A stretch of DNA of 63,318 bases, counting the filler, from Jimgerdemannia flammicorona (taxonomy: Eukaryota): NCBI GenBank assembly GCA_003990765.1. It is 3 parts of 3 records of this genome, joined end to end, with 100 filler letters (N's around TTAATTAATTAA, not from the genome) between each part and the next. Parts side by side here need not be neighbours in the genome. Positions count along the whole stretch, not along the records: positions 1 to 21,048 come from RBNJ01001544.1; 2 more parts are not named here. One strand, given 5' to 3'. The notes beneath the pieces are model-generated. The model was not told where the DNA came from. It did no database searches and saw only the letters and a program-made list of their open reading frames with translations. The first letter of the stretch is position 1. Each line of letters begins with the position of its first letter. Of this stretch, positions 1 through 14,400 are shown piece after piece. The position numbers and the translations under genes are program-made.

Positions 1-214
1 AAAAAAAAAAAAAACTATAAAGAGTCTGTCCCTGTGAGATTAGGATATACTATATAGAGTATGTCAATAATTTCTATCAGTGTACTAGTAGAATTAAGAA
101 GATCTACTATGAAAGAAAACAAAAGACTTTTGAGAAATAGATAAGAGAAAAAAAGGAGGAGGAAGATAATGATGAACCACTAGCCCTCCTAGAAAATAGT
201 AATGATGAAGAAGA

Positions 215-625
215 AATCAAGGTCAAGATTTGGAAGATCTACTCTGATGCAGTTCTATCAGAATATAAGTCAGAGAATATAGCTGGAATAGATATTACTA
301 TAGTAGAAGAAACCATTCTTGAACTCCAGACAACTATCCTATTTGTAACTGGTCTGAAGATAACTATTCTAAAGGACTATATCAGAATTCTCAAGACAAG
401 AAGCAGCCTGGCTAAAAGTGAGATTACCATTAAAGAAGAAGTTATCAATTTAGACTATATTGGAAAAATACTACTTATTGCCAAGAACTATAATCCTATG
501 ATCCCATTCCTAACCAAGACTTATACAGATATTGATATTTCTAGTTCTACAGCTAAAGATTATAGAAGTCCAGAAGTTGGAGGAAATAGAGAGAGAAAGA
601 AAAGAATTTAGATCTATAGAAAGAG
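215..625 (+). pseudogene. dUTPase domain of Gypsy-1 pol
   Basis: Translates to IKVKIWKIYSDAVL..AGIDI..TGLKI..RSSLAK..VINLDYIGKI, then EIERERKEFRSI, a G>A-degraded form of motif 5 (RG.GGFGST). Confidence 0.8.
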
Positions 626-3600
626 GAGTTTTCATCAGCACCAGAATCACTGAACTGGATTACAAGAAGGAGGAAACCATGAATAAGTACAGTTATACTA
701 TTAGAAATAAATTCTTACTCAAGAAAGAACTCAAGGAGATATTCTATAAATTTGAGAATATTCTGGCCACAGATTTCAAAGATATCAAGAGAAAGACTCT
801 ATACTATTATTATAATATAGATATAGGAGATACTGAATCAATCTATCAAAAGATAAGACCTATCTTACTTGTATATTACAAATGGCTCAGAGAAGAAATC
901 AAGCAGATAGAAGAAGCTAGTATTATCAAAGAAGTCAGCAGTTCTTAGATTTTACCAGTTGCACTAGTTTTAAAGAAAGGAAGCAAACCTGGAGAATTTA
1001 CTCCAAGACTCTGTACTGATTATAGAAAGCTCAACCTGGTTACTAAGAAGGATTACCAACCACTGTCTCTTATCAGTGACATTCTTATAACTCTAAGAGA
1101 TAAAGTACAGTATTATAGTATCTTAGATTTATATTCAGAATTCTACCAAATCAGTCTCACAAAAGCAGCAAGTGAGAAGTCAGTCTTTATAACTCCAGAC
1201 AGAATCTATATCTATCTGTAAATACTATTTAGAATATGCAATATACTAGTAAGTTTCCAGCAAATGATGAACAAAATCTTTCACTATAATATAGAAGATA
1301 GAAGATAGTTTATATAGATAATATGATTATTTATAGTCAAATACTAGAGGAATATCTACAGCATATCTAAGACCTATTACTGTTATTGAAGTCCAAGCCT
1401 TTATGGAACTCATCTCATACTATTGCAGATTTATTTGAGGATTTTTCAATATCACAGATCTAATCTACAAACTCAACAAGAAGAATATCAAGTTCCAATG
1501 AACTAGTAGATAATAAAAAGTATTTAATGAGCTCAAAATTAGACTGACCCAAGTACTTATCCTCAGAAGACTAGATTGGACTCAAGAATTCATCCTGCAG
1601 ATAGATATAAGCATATAAGAACTAGAAATAGTTCTGGCCCAGAAAAAAAATGAAGTAGAATATATTATTATATATCTTAGCCAAAAAATCTAAGAAGCTA
1701 AAAAAGAATATAAATTCTATAAGTTAGAATATCTCACAGTTATCTGGGCTGTAGAAAAGTTTCACTACTATCTTGCTGAAAGATACTTTACTATTTAGAC
1801 AGACTATTCAGCCCTCACTTAGCTACTGATTACTGAACAACCCAAAGGAATCTATGATAGATAAATTATGAAGTTGTAAGCCTATAATGTAACTATTATG
1901 TACTATCCTAAAAGAACTAATGCTAATATAGATACTCTCTAATAGATATTATAAGAACTTTCAACTAGCAAACTAACTATGAATAGAGAGCTCTATTATA
2001 TAATTATCACCTATTTGGGACACCAAAAGATGTCCCAATATCTAGAAGAATAAATACAAATGATTATCAACAGAACATGGAAACAATTCAAAATTGATAG
2101 AGAAATATTGAAGAAAGAAAAGCTACTAGTTATACCCAAATATAAGAAGAAGTAAACAATAAAATCAGTATATGAATTTGAACATCTAAGAGGAATAAAT
2201 ATATATAATAAAGTAAGAAGAACAATGTAGTGGCTAAGAATAGAGAGAGATATTAGAAAATTCAAAAATAGAAATAAGACCAATGAAATCAGACTCTAGG
2301 ATCAGTATACATAGAATCAGTACTCTTTGCCTACATAGTAATAGATGTAATTGGCCCTCTATCTTTGACTTTAATTAATAACTAATATATCATTATCATT
2401 GTAGACCTTTTTATAAAATAGATAGAGGTAGGACCTCTCAAAGAAGCTAATGTACAATTAATAGCTAATTTCTTCTATAAAGAAATCATCTACTGATTTA
2501 AAACTCCAATATAAGTAACTATAGATAGAGAAACAGAATTCATAAACCAGTTCTTTGAAGTTCTCTACAAAAAGTATAAGATCTAGTATATTTGAACTAT
2601 AGCCTATTACTCTTAGAGAAATGGATAAGCAGAAAAGACTAATAAAGATCCTCAAGAATGTCATTGCCAAGATTTATAATAACTATAAAAACAAGGACTA
2701 CTATCTGCCAATAGTATTATTTGCTCTCTGAGATATTTAATTATAAAGTATACATTTTATCTCTTGAGAAATACTGTTTGGAGAAGAAAGTTCTTAAGAA
2801 ATCTTACCATTCCATAGAGATACTATCTGGAAATACATAGATATAGAGATATAGAGACTATAATAAATCAGAAAGAAGACTGAGGATTACATAACCAAGG
2901 TGTAGGCTCTATAATAGAATAATGTAGAAAAGATTTACAAGCCTTTAGAGATTATTAAGATAGGAGACAAAGTTCTGGTATATCAGAACATAGTAGAAGC
3001 TTCATGGTCAAGAAAACTGGAGTCTAAGTAGAAAAGACCTTATCTTGTACAAAATATAAAAAGAACTATCTTTTGGCTATAAAAATCTTAGATATAATTA
3101 TTCCTAATACCATTCACCAAAACTGACTCAAGAAGTATTATGACTAATTAATGAAGTATTACCACAGCTCTCAAAATTACTAATACTATACAATGAGTTA
3201 TAGAAAGATAATAGTATACTATCAAGCCACCTATAATAGAGAAATTCTTTGATAGTATCCAAAGTATAGTATAGATACACTTATCATAAATCTTATATTT
3301 CAAAGTCTATCAGAACTATACTGAGTTTCAAGAATACTTCAAGTTGGAACAGCTATTGAACTTACAACTAGAAATGAGAAATAAAGACTAGATCAGAGAG
3401 TTTTAGCTCTCTTATACTCAGATCACTATTTTTAAATAAATATATAAGTTGTTCAAAGATAACAAGTCAGCCCTAGCTTATTTCCAAGAAGTAGTTCTAG
3501 GAGACTTTATATATATCAAGAGATATTATTGAGAAAATATAATAATATAAATTATATAGTATAAGGAGATATATATAACTTATAGAAGCTTGGAGGTTTG

Positions 3601-3646
3601 AGTGAATAGGATGTTTTAGAGATAAATTACCTATTCAGAAGAAAGT

Positions 3647-4136
3647 TGTAATGATTGATCTAAATTAGAAATATGAATCAGAAGAATAGACATTTGATTA
3701 TAGTATTTGAATCTAATTCTCAAATATAGTATAGCCTTACAAATAGCTATTATTTCACAAATATAGAAACTTTAACAAAATGTTAAGATTTCACAAATAT
3801 CAAGATTTAACAAATATTGAATCTTAATGATCATTGAAATTTTACAGATACTAAGGATCTATACTTATAAAGAGTGACTTATAGGAAATATAGTCATAAC
3901 TTAGCTACTTTATAACTAGTAAACTTATATAAATATCCCAGTATCTAGAGTAAATAAACCTTAGATCAAAATAGTTCAAAGTAAAGAGAAAATAAGAGAA
4001 CTAGTAAGCCTATAGGTAGATATACTTTAAACTCACACTCTTATATTCTGAAGACTCTACAAGAGTCAGAATAAGATTAAATTTTAAGATATAGAAATCT
4101 GCTATACTTCTGAGATTAGGTATTCACTATGTTATA
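3647..4136 (+). repeat. 3' LTR of Gypsy-1 (mutated)
   Basis: Starts TGTAATGA after the PPT, versus TGTGACGG at 20732. 3898-3990 aligns with 20941-21035, including the TATA and AATAAA motifs. Ends GTTATA, read as mutated GTCACA. Confidence 0.75.
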
Positions 4137-4139
4137 ATA

Positions 4140-6346
4140 CTATTTCTACTATTGTATGATTAAATTACTCAGTTACACTATTCTGTTATAATGTATAGAA
4201 TACTGTGATATGATAGTATATGTTGTATTTTCTTAGAAATTATCTAAATTTACTATTTATATACTTATAGCTATTGTCAGAATATATAGTATATATATAT
4301 TCTATATCTAGTTTCATTCTTGACAATTGCTTTGAATTCTTTAAACTTCTCCAGAGCCTTGTTTTTTATGAATAAAAGTATATATATATATATCTTATAT
4401 ATATAATTATTGATAAATATAATAAAATATTTCTTTCTACTATAGTTAGAAGTATATATTGATTTAAATATATCTTTATATATAAGATTAAGGATTTCTA
4501 AGATATACTTTAACTACTTCTCAAATAGATACTGGAATACTTTATTTTGTATATAATTCTTACAAAAGCTCTTGGAATATATTATCAGTAATCTATTAAT
4601 AGATATACTTTTAATCATTCTCTCAAGATTCAAATTACCAATATATTTTAATTATTAATACTATATATTAGATATATCAGCCATAGTTATTATATATATA
4701 GAGACTTTTATATTATTTTATATACTATTAATCATATAAATATTATCTTATTTTGAGGCTATCATTAATTCTTTATTATTATTATTATTCAAATTATAGA
4801 CTGTTATACTATTCAGATATATGTAAATCTTCTTATCTTTATAAGCTATCATTTTTTTTAATTAAAAATAGATTTTTACTAATCTCTAGAATATACAGTA
4901 TATTTAAAAAAGTATTGGCAGACTCTGTGATATTATCATGAAGATGTATCTCTATTTTCTCTTTTATTTTAATTATATAACATTATTATTACCTAGTTTA
5001 ATTAGTACTAGATACTCAAAAGACTCATATATAGAAAACTACTCTCTATAAACTATTATATATTATATAGTACTGGAATCGATATACTAAATATCTTTAT
5101 AATTAACTATGTTAGTATATTCACTGAGTGCATAGCTGATATGATCACTTTTCATTAGCTTAAAAGTATTTTGCTTATCAGTTATAAGTGACAGATTAGT
5201 AGTAGATCTACTTATAAATCTTATACTAGTATAACTAGTATTGGTAAATTGGTAATAGATCTGATACTTTTTATTAGTTCAAAATTATCATCTATATATT
5301 GTTTAGATGAAGAAAAGATCACTATTATTATATATTTTATTAGTATTTATATTACTATATTTTCTTTTTCCTTATTTCTCATATTAATTGCTCATTCTGT
5401 ACTTATTTTTACTACTGCTTTCCTTATCTCTATCATTCTCTCTATAATAACAATTACTTTGCTTATATTTATACTTATTATAGTATTTGTAGTAGTTTTT
5501 AAAGTTAACTAATTGGTAGCTTTTATATTGATTTTGAGTTTGAATTTATCTCTCTTTCTCTTATTAGTACTTCTTATCTTGTCTATAAGAGCTATAGAAT
5601 ATATTTTCATTATTATCCTCATTGATATCTCTTAGGTATATTTTCTCATTTATAAGACTAGTAATTATATATATATATAGTTTATGAGTTTCTTGCTCTT
5701 ATATATAGCTGCTACTACTATATTTTATATATCTTGGAGTTCTTTTATAAGTGCTATGACCTTATCTTTATTGTCAATATAACCTACAGATGTGCTAAGA
5801 GAATTCACTTGATTTACTAAGTCATTGATATGATTAGTATAATTGCAGATATACTCCTTGGACTTCATTTATAGATTGAATAGCTGAAATTTCAAGTAGA
5901 ATTGATTTGATATAAATGCTTGTATATGATATTTGTGTAGAGCCTTCCATGTCTCATGAACTATTGCAGCATACATTATGAGCTTCATTTGGGAATTTGA
6001 CAGTATGAATACAATCTCCTATAATGCTCAGTAATTGTTTACAGTATCATAATCTTGAATTTATGCTTGCAGTTTTGTATACTCTGCCAAGCTACATTCA
6101 TCAAGAAGATTCATTATATGGAATGCCCAAATAGTGTAATCTTTCCCATTGAAGATCAGGATGGACCTCTTGGTTGTATTTATGCTAACAACTGAGACTA
6201 CATTTCCCATATCTATAGTTACAATAGAGAACTGCTTCCACTGTTGCCAGATTGGCATATCTGTGTTGTCTTGGCTCATCATAGTATAGCATATATTTTA
6301 GAGGATTATTTATAGCTGCTTAGCACTAGTTGGGCTCATAACCTTT
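4140..6346 (-). mobile_element. Ty1/Copia remnant (PBS, gag, protease, N-terminal integrase), heavily mutated
   Basis: PBS GGTTATGAGCCC at 6343-6332. Gag reads IFNGKDYTIWAFHIMNLLDECSL, versus VFDGKDYAIWAYHMRNLLEECSL at 53287+. Integrase YTL*QNSVTE*FNHTIVEI at ~4200-4145 is cut at the Gypsy-1 LTR. Confidence 0.88.
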
Positions 6347-9300
6347 GTAGTATAAGAGATGATAATGCGTAAGTCGCGTATTTCACGCGTTACTTGAAGA
6401 ATGACGTAAATCTGATGGAATGGCGTAAAAACATATCGAGTTGCCATCCCAACCCGAGCACTGCTGTTCACGAACTACGGAAGTGCAATGGACATTGGAA
6501 CCTTGTTTCGGCCACGCACGACCATCACTCGCCAATTGATAAACTGCTTCTTACAGGATAAATAATACGGCCTACACATTGCCAGAGTCACTCGCCATTC
6601 GTATAGTTTTACAACGTAGCCCGAAACCTTACTTTACAAACGTTCTTCAAATTCGTGGGAGAGCAGGAAGTCATTCATTCAAGTCAATTAATGGGCAACG
6701 AAGCAAGCGGAGGGGCGCTACGAGTTGTAAGATATCACATTTTTATCCACATGAAGGCGAAATGTAGGCTGCGTTGGCTTGGCTTATTTAGGAGCTCGGT
6801 TCATTTGCTTCCATTGTTATAATTCGACGGCTGACGTGTACGAGGCCCAAATGCATGATTTGAAGTTAGTACCGCCGGCCGCCATTTCAAAAACGTTTAC
6901 CTAATAAAATCTCACAATGTTCATTTTCCTCGAACCAAACAATGTGGCGTTTTGCAGATATTTGCTATTACAACGATAAATCCAGAAGAAAAACGTTGCT
7001 ATCATCCGACGTTCATGTCAGGCGATTTTGGCACCTTACGGCATAACCGAATATTTCAAGTGCAGCTGCAATTGATCAGGGTATTGTAATAACTCTCCGT
7101 CCTTATTTCATTTAATTAAAAAAAAAAAAAGCCAACCTGGTCTTATTCCCACCTGTTAACTTCAATATAGTTCCGGCTCGTAGTCTCTTATGACACTCGG
7201 ATGTACGACTCTTGATGCTCCCAAGCCATTTATATCTTTTGGAGCACTGGATTACGGTCTCACTCATAACCTGTTTCTTGTGGGCTTGCATAGAAACAGA
7301 GTAACTTGCTCACTTTTTCGGTAACCATTTGGAAAATTTGCTTTTGCACAACAACTTCAAATAAGAAATCCGCTTGTGTGAGGCGCCTTAATCACTCCCG
7401 GCTTTCTGCTGTCTCGGAAAGGTGCGACAATTTCTACGCGGTGGTGGAAGGCATATTTGTCACAAACCGAGTGTGCATCCGCAACATTATCTCGGGCTTC
7501 GACTATCTTGTCGAAAAATTCGACCTCGCACGGCTCAGCCGTATTTCACCCCGAAGCTGACAGCTCCGGAGTCAAATTCTATCGGCATGTGTAGTTGCAC
7601 AGTAACGCCGCCAGGGGTTTGGATCTTCTCCGGAACGACGAATTATTGAGTTGATACAGAAGAAATCGTAGTAGTACAGAAAAGTATCGAGGTTGAGGCC
7701 ATAGGCAAAATGGAGATGAGGAAGGGCCGGCTATCGGATGGCTTTTGGGAATGTGTTCATTAAGTAAGCCGATGGCCTAAATACTGAATCTTGACGACAG
7801 TCGATGGCACGCCATCGACGTCTACTACCTAACAAAGAGGAGCCCCTGTCGTGAACCTCGATCGGCATGTCTGTCTGCTCATCGGATTCGCGCGCTTGTA
7901 GATCGTTGTCGTCTTGGCTTAATTTGGGGGTGCCATGGCAACCGCACGCCCCTTGTTCCACATCCACGAGCGCCGCGGACACGCCTTCAAGGGCAGAAGT
8001 CCGCGCATGCTGTCAAGCGAGTCGTTCAATCGGTGACTGGGTGGTCGACGTGATATCCGGACAGCATGCCGAGGCGTGATTCTTTTCGCGAGGGCCGCAA
8101 CACTATGTAGTGGAGTAATAATTGAATATCGTGTTCCCGCGGGTATAAAACGGTCCTGTCGATGAACGATGACTGATGACATTATACACGGTTGAGTGTG
8201 GCGTGTGTCGTGTACATAGCGCTTTGAGGAAAATGTGATGTAATTCCCACGTGTATACAAAAAAGGGATGGAGTAACCCATGTGTCGGTCTTTGGAGACC
8301 CATGATCATGTGTCGTTGCTAATTTGCAATCTCATGGTCCATTGTTTAAAAAAATAGCATCCGCGGTTGTGGACAATGCCTCTCCATTGTGTACGTACAA
8401 AAGGTTGGATGAAGATTCGTGCTCACTACTAATCTATTTACAGGAGGTAATGCAATTAGCATTCTTCATGGTAACACCCGCACCCGCTTCCGTGCTTCTT
8501 CCTATAAGTTGCGGATTGGCATTCTCGATATCGGCCGATCGATATTCACATCGACACTCTATCACCGATCCTTCTTGTTAACTTTCTACTTTTTGTTTGT
8601 TTTGGCTGGTGCGGCAAATTTGGACGCCAGAGTCGAAAGTCGCCAAGGGCCTCAAAAACAAATAAGACCTACCTGGTCGGAGGATTTCGCCGAACCCTCG
8701 AAAGGCCGAGAAATTGTTAGTAAGACATCTAAGGGGTCCCACCGCCTGCCAATGTATGTTCTACAGGCAGATCGATGATCCAAACCGCTCGGCCAACTGA
8801 CTGCCGTTATGAAGAACTCGTCCATAACAAAGTCTTTGTCCACCATATACAGGAACTTATTTCGTTCTCCCTTCGTGCCATTCCCGTGCCGATATAAATT
8901 CAAGTACGCTGTCCTGTGCGGAATGTACCCCTCGCAAGATAGCTGGAAAACAACGGCAATTAAATTCAATTTACAGATGCAGAAAGCGGTATGAACAGTT
9001 ACACCGGCGCATAAAAACGATCATCCAAAGATTTCGTGCTTTATTTTGGCCCTCTGAATCGATCACGCGAAAGTTGTCCCACTCTCGAAAATGGAAACCA
9101 AGGGCGAGGTAGCACGGTTCATAATTTCATCCAGTCCGCCGCGAAGGGACCTAGGCCGGCCGGCACCTTAATTGGCAGACTATTCGGTCATCAACGAGTA
9201 CAACATGTCGAAAAAGAGTTGTTGAAAGGAGAGAGTTTCGCCGGCACAGCGTAACAAAACTACGAAAGTGGAAACATCACACACCACCTCAGGGAGTAGA

Positions 9301-10785
9301 GCCCACTCGTAGTTGGTGTTTTCGCAGAGCTGCTAAAATGCCTCGTCAATTCACATAAAGGTTTTGGGTGATAGCTCACGAGCTACAAATTCGTGGCAAG
9401 AAACAAAGAATCAATAAAGCATTCATCTCTTATGCTGAAGACAAGAGTTGCTTTGACCGCTGTCAGAATTGTATACAATCCATGTACAATGACTCCTCTT
9501 TTTCTTCAATGAGTTGATCATTGGAATCTCATGTTCATATGTTGAATATCGTTGTTACGAAGATCCGGTGTTCAGAGTCTTCCCATGAACAAGCGTGCTG
9601 ATCCAAACCGCCCGAATCTTCTATGATAGCTAATAGACCAACTGAAGTCTGTAAACAAACACTAACTGCACCTAAAATCCTTCAACATACAGAATCTTTC
9701 CCGGCTAAAAAACGACACCACTATTTATCAGGGTTCAAGGCAACAGTGTCCCACGTGACGTCCCAGAACGTGTCCTCTGGATTTATATCTTTTCCCTGCC
9801 GATCGTGTGATCCCGAAAAGGGCAGAACCAGATCGGAAGAACAAAGAACCAACGATGACGGACAATGGATGTCAACGATCCAGGTTCCGGTACAACCTTC
9901 AGCCCCTTTAATGGACGAAAACTCGGGAATACACCGCCTGGAAGAAAGGAGATGGAATTGAATGGCTTGCACGACGAGAAATGAACAATGGTTAGCATGG
10001 AGCTCCGTCCGCAAGATCGGCCTAATTCCGCAAAAATGACCCGTTCCGTTGCTCTGGCCTTAACATTTAGGATTGGGAAATCATAAATGATCTCAACTGT
10101 TTTCTCCAAATCCTTTGTACGAGATTGTTCCACTGGCCGAATCATTTCGATACAAAATATAGGATTCCTTGTACATTGTCTAATGTGTTGAGATCTGTTG
10201 GTGTGTTGATCACGCAGGCTTGCCCACTGATCGTAAGAAATAAGTGATCAATACTAAGAGTCTGCGGTTAGAAAATAACAATTCTATAGGTGGTTGCAGA
10301 AGTCTTTCAGGCTGCTAATATGTACCTATTGCTGACCCAGATTCTTCTCGAATTATAATCCGAACAGAATGACACTTGAACTTATCTCAACCGCGCAATT
10401 TTTTTTTTGTCGTTTCTTTTCGCATGAGTCGAGTTGGTAGAAAGAAGGATTTGTGGCAACGGATGACTAATGTTACTATTTTTAGCTTATCTATTTTCTT
10501 AATACAATAGATTATATATCTATTCTATAAACGAAACAAATCACTTTTGATGATTTACAAATGCCCTCGTAAAATTCATAGCCATGAGTAGTAATGGCGA
10601 TCTTTTGACAACCTTGTTGAACATAAAAATAAAGAATAAAAAAAAAAAACTTGAGGTTCATATTGCCGACCGGATTTGGCCATAACGAGGAAAATGTGAC
10701 ATATCTACATTGATACTGAAAAAGAGTAAGTGCATGGCATATGGTTTGAGGGTATTTGAATATCAAATATCATAGAAAAATTTTA

Positions 10786-11424
10786 TCATTTTCTTGTAAG
10801 CCTGACAGCTTCGAGCTCCATCCTTGCTCTGCGCGACACCTTCTCGGGAAGGTCGACCAGCTCCAAGAACTTGACGAGTTCCCAACTACTCCTGACCTGC
10901 TCTGTGGTTGTGAACCACTTTCTCAGCCATTCGTCTACATCGCCAGTGTAGAGGTACTCGTAGACGCCGCTGAATACCTCTTGGTGCGGCACTTCGAGTT
11001 CCCAAAACTGTCCGTTGAGCTGGTGGCGCTCGAATATAGTGCGAAAGTATAAGGACTGCGCCGCCAAATAGGGGCGATGAGCTGGCCAGAAGGTGTTTAC
11101 CTGGCGGGAGAAAAAGTAGCAGGTGGCCGTCCATTTGTTCCACATATGGTGGCTGTGAGAGGTGCGCAGTTGGTGTATGTAGTAAATAAGCGGGGCCTGC
11201 TGGGATTCTGTGAATACCGTCATTCCATCCGGTGAAAAGGTCAGTTCTTTGTCCAAGCTTGGACACTCATGCAGCGGGGGGGTGGGCAGGGCTTGAATCG
11301 GCGGCATTGAGACTGGCCGCATGGCGGGAAAGGTGTTTTGATAGTTATAAGGCAGAGTAGAATACTCGTACCGCTGGTCTAGGTAATACATATAGTTCAT
11401 GGTTACTCCTTCCGAATGATGCAT
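10786..11424 (-). CDS. BTB/POZ domain protein, intronless (start may be the ATG at 11400)
   Basis: Intact 212-aa ORF with BTB signature FWPAHRPYLAAQSLYFRTIF...LEVPHQEVFSGVYEYLYTGD and a Pro/Tyr-rich N-terminus. TATA-like motif upstream and T-rich 3' flank. Confidence 0.85.
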   Translation of the reverse strand: MHHSEGVTMNYMYYLDQRYEYSTLPYNYQNTFPAMRPVSMPPIQALPTPPLHECPSLDKELTFSPDGMTVFTESQQAPLIYYIHQLRTSHSHHMWNKWTATCYFFSRQVNTFWPAHRPYLAAQSLYFRTIFERHQLNGQFWELEVPHQEVFSGVYEYLYTGDVDEWLRKWFTTTEQVRSSWELVKFLELVDLPEKVSRRARMELEAVRLTRK

Positions 11425-11462
11425 AAGAAATAGTTGCGAGTGCGCGTCAGGTTTTGAACCTG

Positions 11463-11470
11463 CTTATATA
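11463..11470 (-). promoter_or_regulatory. TATA box of the BTB gene
   Basis: TATATAAG on the minus strand ~40 bp upstream of the first ATG. Confidence 0.55.
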
Positions 11471-14400
11471 CCGGATGGGACCAAATATCCGGACTTGGGG
11501 GCTTTAGGCTAGGACGGATTGCTTATTTGGGATCGTTAAAAATCTCAAGCCTCGGTGTGATTGCTCTTTGTAAGGTTATGTTCTTCGCCCAAAGTTTCAG
11601 GTCAGAACGATCCTACCATGTGTCATTGTCTGCCGAAAACGAAATGAACCTCAAAAAGATAATGTTTGTTGAGTTCATTTTACTGACAGTGTGCCTCCCC
11701 AACCTTTCTTGATTCGTTGATTAGGAGCACTCGAACAATGGCATCTCGGATCAAGGAGAACCCAAATGAATGTGCGACAAAGCCCAGTAATACTTGACAT
11801 AATCAGCTTCGGTCAGAGCTTGGCCATGTCGATCTTATTGCTGCTGTGTTACTGACATTTCGATATTTTATATATTATAGCTAGGAGCAAGCAAGGCAAA
11901 ATGTGGTGGTTAAGCTCTGAACCAAGGTTTAATTTGAACGATGCCACACTGGGACATGCCAGCACCAATGCGAAGCGGTGAAGCTCAAATGACATCCAAA
12001 CCTCGCATTACGTCCATGATAGGCAGCACGGGGTGCTCTGTACGTTGAGCCTAGGCTCAATAGGAACCCGCTACCGACACCCAGGTGCCAGACGATGCAT
12101 TTTCCAGCCACATGTACGAATCGACGGAACCGATGGACACAATGACACCATGCGCAGTCTACGTTTGTGGCATCTCCTTCGACGACGTGGCCTCTTCATG
12201 GCGGGGTGACTGGGGGACCCAGAAATTTCGTCCATAAAAGTCAGATCGCCCGTCAAATGTGACAACTCGCCAAACCATTGGCTTCTCACGTTGGCCCGGA
12301 CATTTCCACACAGATGGTTTGTGCGCATTTCGCAGATGGACTCAAGGTTTCCGTGTCATATTTTTTCCCTTTGATCAGGTTGCTCCGCGTTTGTTCCCGC
12401 AGATTTCTCATCGCCTAGATAACATACATACACGATCACTGACGTGGGGAGAATGGGAATTGTCCTGTCACTGATCCAACGAATTCAATTGGAATCAGCA
12501 AGATCGGGGGTACAGAAACGGTACAAACTATAGACAAAAACAAACACGCGTGGCCGAGGCTTGGCTTCCGAGCGTGGGAGGTTAGACTTCCTCCTTCCTC
12601 CTGGGGCTGGAGATCCTAGCCCAAACAAAATGTCGGGCCAACGTAGTGGGAACTATCATGACCCACATGACTCGGAGCCCCCTGATGCCGCATAACTAGA
12701 ATCGCGGTCGTTGCGAACATTTTGAAGTTCATCGACACCAATCGAGATACCTTTTTTGATGTGTCCGATGAATGTAGTGATACATTATGAACGTTTGACG
12801 TGCCCTTTTTACGTCTTGGTACTTATATTACGTAATTGGTCGTATGATCTGTTGAAAAAGTCGTTTGATAATCATCTTCCACGACGATCCGATTGGAAGT
12901 GGCTGTCACTCTGTTACTCCTCCGCTAAGGCAGGTTGTTGCAAGCGGGCCACACCGGCCTCAGTCAATGCTCACATAATCCAGGCTCATGTGGTGCACGC
13001 TTCCCCCCCTGTAGCCCGATTCAACCGAACCCACACAGCATCGAACCGCAACGGGAACAGCCTAAAGGCGCAGTGAGACTGCGCTTTAGGGTCATGCTCC
13101 CACCTCCTTTCCGTCCGAGGCATGGCCGGACCCTCCAAGGTCCAGATCATTCACTGCGCCAGACTGTTTCGGGTTCATTACCGGAACTCGTTTTTTTTTG
13201 TCATCCGTGCGCACGCGCGAGGCGTTTGACAGACTGCCGGCTTGGTTTCACCGACCGAATTGCGCGAACAGCATCGTATTCCTCGTTCGACATTTGCATC
13301 ACCCCAAACCTTTTCCGCATTCTTCCATTCCAATTTCAATGACCTAGGCGGAGTGCAAGGAAATCTGTCAGATGATTCGGTTGGCCACAGATATTTCAGA
13401 TCAATAATGGACCGCGGGATTCTCTGTTCATTTTGGAACGGCCCCGCGGTCGCCACGGCGTAATTCTACTCGCAAATTCGGGTGCCTCCGAATAAATCTT
13501 TGTGACGTGGGCGAATGACGAAATATTGTTGTCGATGCGTAAAGTGTCGCTTCTTTTCGTTTCACAAACAAGGCTCTTCAACGACCTTTGTCAGCTGGAA
13601 TACGATATCGATGGACTATGGACTGTGATGTTTTAGTTATTCATTACTACGAATACTCGTGCCACCAAGAGACAACAACGAGGCAGCCAAACCAAAGTAT
13701 GACGGCGGCGACGGTTAGCATTGCACAAAACGTGCGCAAAAGTTCCTTCCTTCCTCTGCACAAAGTCATTTTAAGAGGCCGTACGCAGTAAGTATCATCT
13801 TTCGTTCAACGCTGATTTGCAGCAACGGCCCTGTGACTCTTAGGACGCGAATATTAGCTTTCTCCCACGCATGCAATGACCAGGAATAGTGCCACGATTT
13901 GTGAAGGTAAGTCTTTGGCGTCAACGCCAAGGACAATCCCAACTCCCCCGGATGGAGACGCTCTATTTCTCCATTCTTGTTCATGATCCATGCTCATTAC
14001 CGTCAACATTCCATATGATTCTCCTTTGTATTTTGCGGCTAACGTGAAATTTTATGAAGAACAAGCAAATGTTTGCGCGAAGACTTAATATATAATATCC
14101 GATCGGCCACAGCTATCACCTTGCACTAACCAAACAAACAGCGATTGATGGTAGATGATGTTAGTGGTCAACCTAGGTCGTGGCATGGCAACGGGATATA
14201 AGGGGATTGACGCGTTGAGAAAGCTGGAATTAATTTCAGGGTCCAGCCTGCAGTACACATGTATTGACGATTGTTTGGACATCGGAGACATCAATTTCGA
14301 ATGATTCTAACTTTTTGTCGCAATTACAACACGGATAAGAGGGTTTCCGCCTCCTGTAACCAGTACATGCATGGATAACCATTAAATCACGCCATCCATT

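Larger units (their letters stand above)
1..4136 (+). mobile_element. Ty3/Gypsy LTR retrotransposon 'Gypsy-1', 5'-truncated by the window edge, extremely C>T/G>A mutated
   Basis: Degraded pol motifs in order: dUTPase (~215-625), RT (TPRLCTDYRKLNLVTKKD ~1000-1055; LDLYSEFYQI ~1122), RNase H (FILQ, VIWAVEKFHYYL ~1740-1775), integrase (~2300-2750). Purine tract AGAAGAAAG at ~3637-3645, then a 3' LTR. Confidence 0.9.

Noticed and set aside
5249..5512. Hydrophobic 'membrane protein' ORFs in AT-rich zones (also 2011-2283, 4753-4941, 17640-17822, 19906-20094)
   Set aside because: Antisense or low-complexity by-products of mutated retroelements and poly(A) runs.
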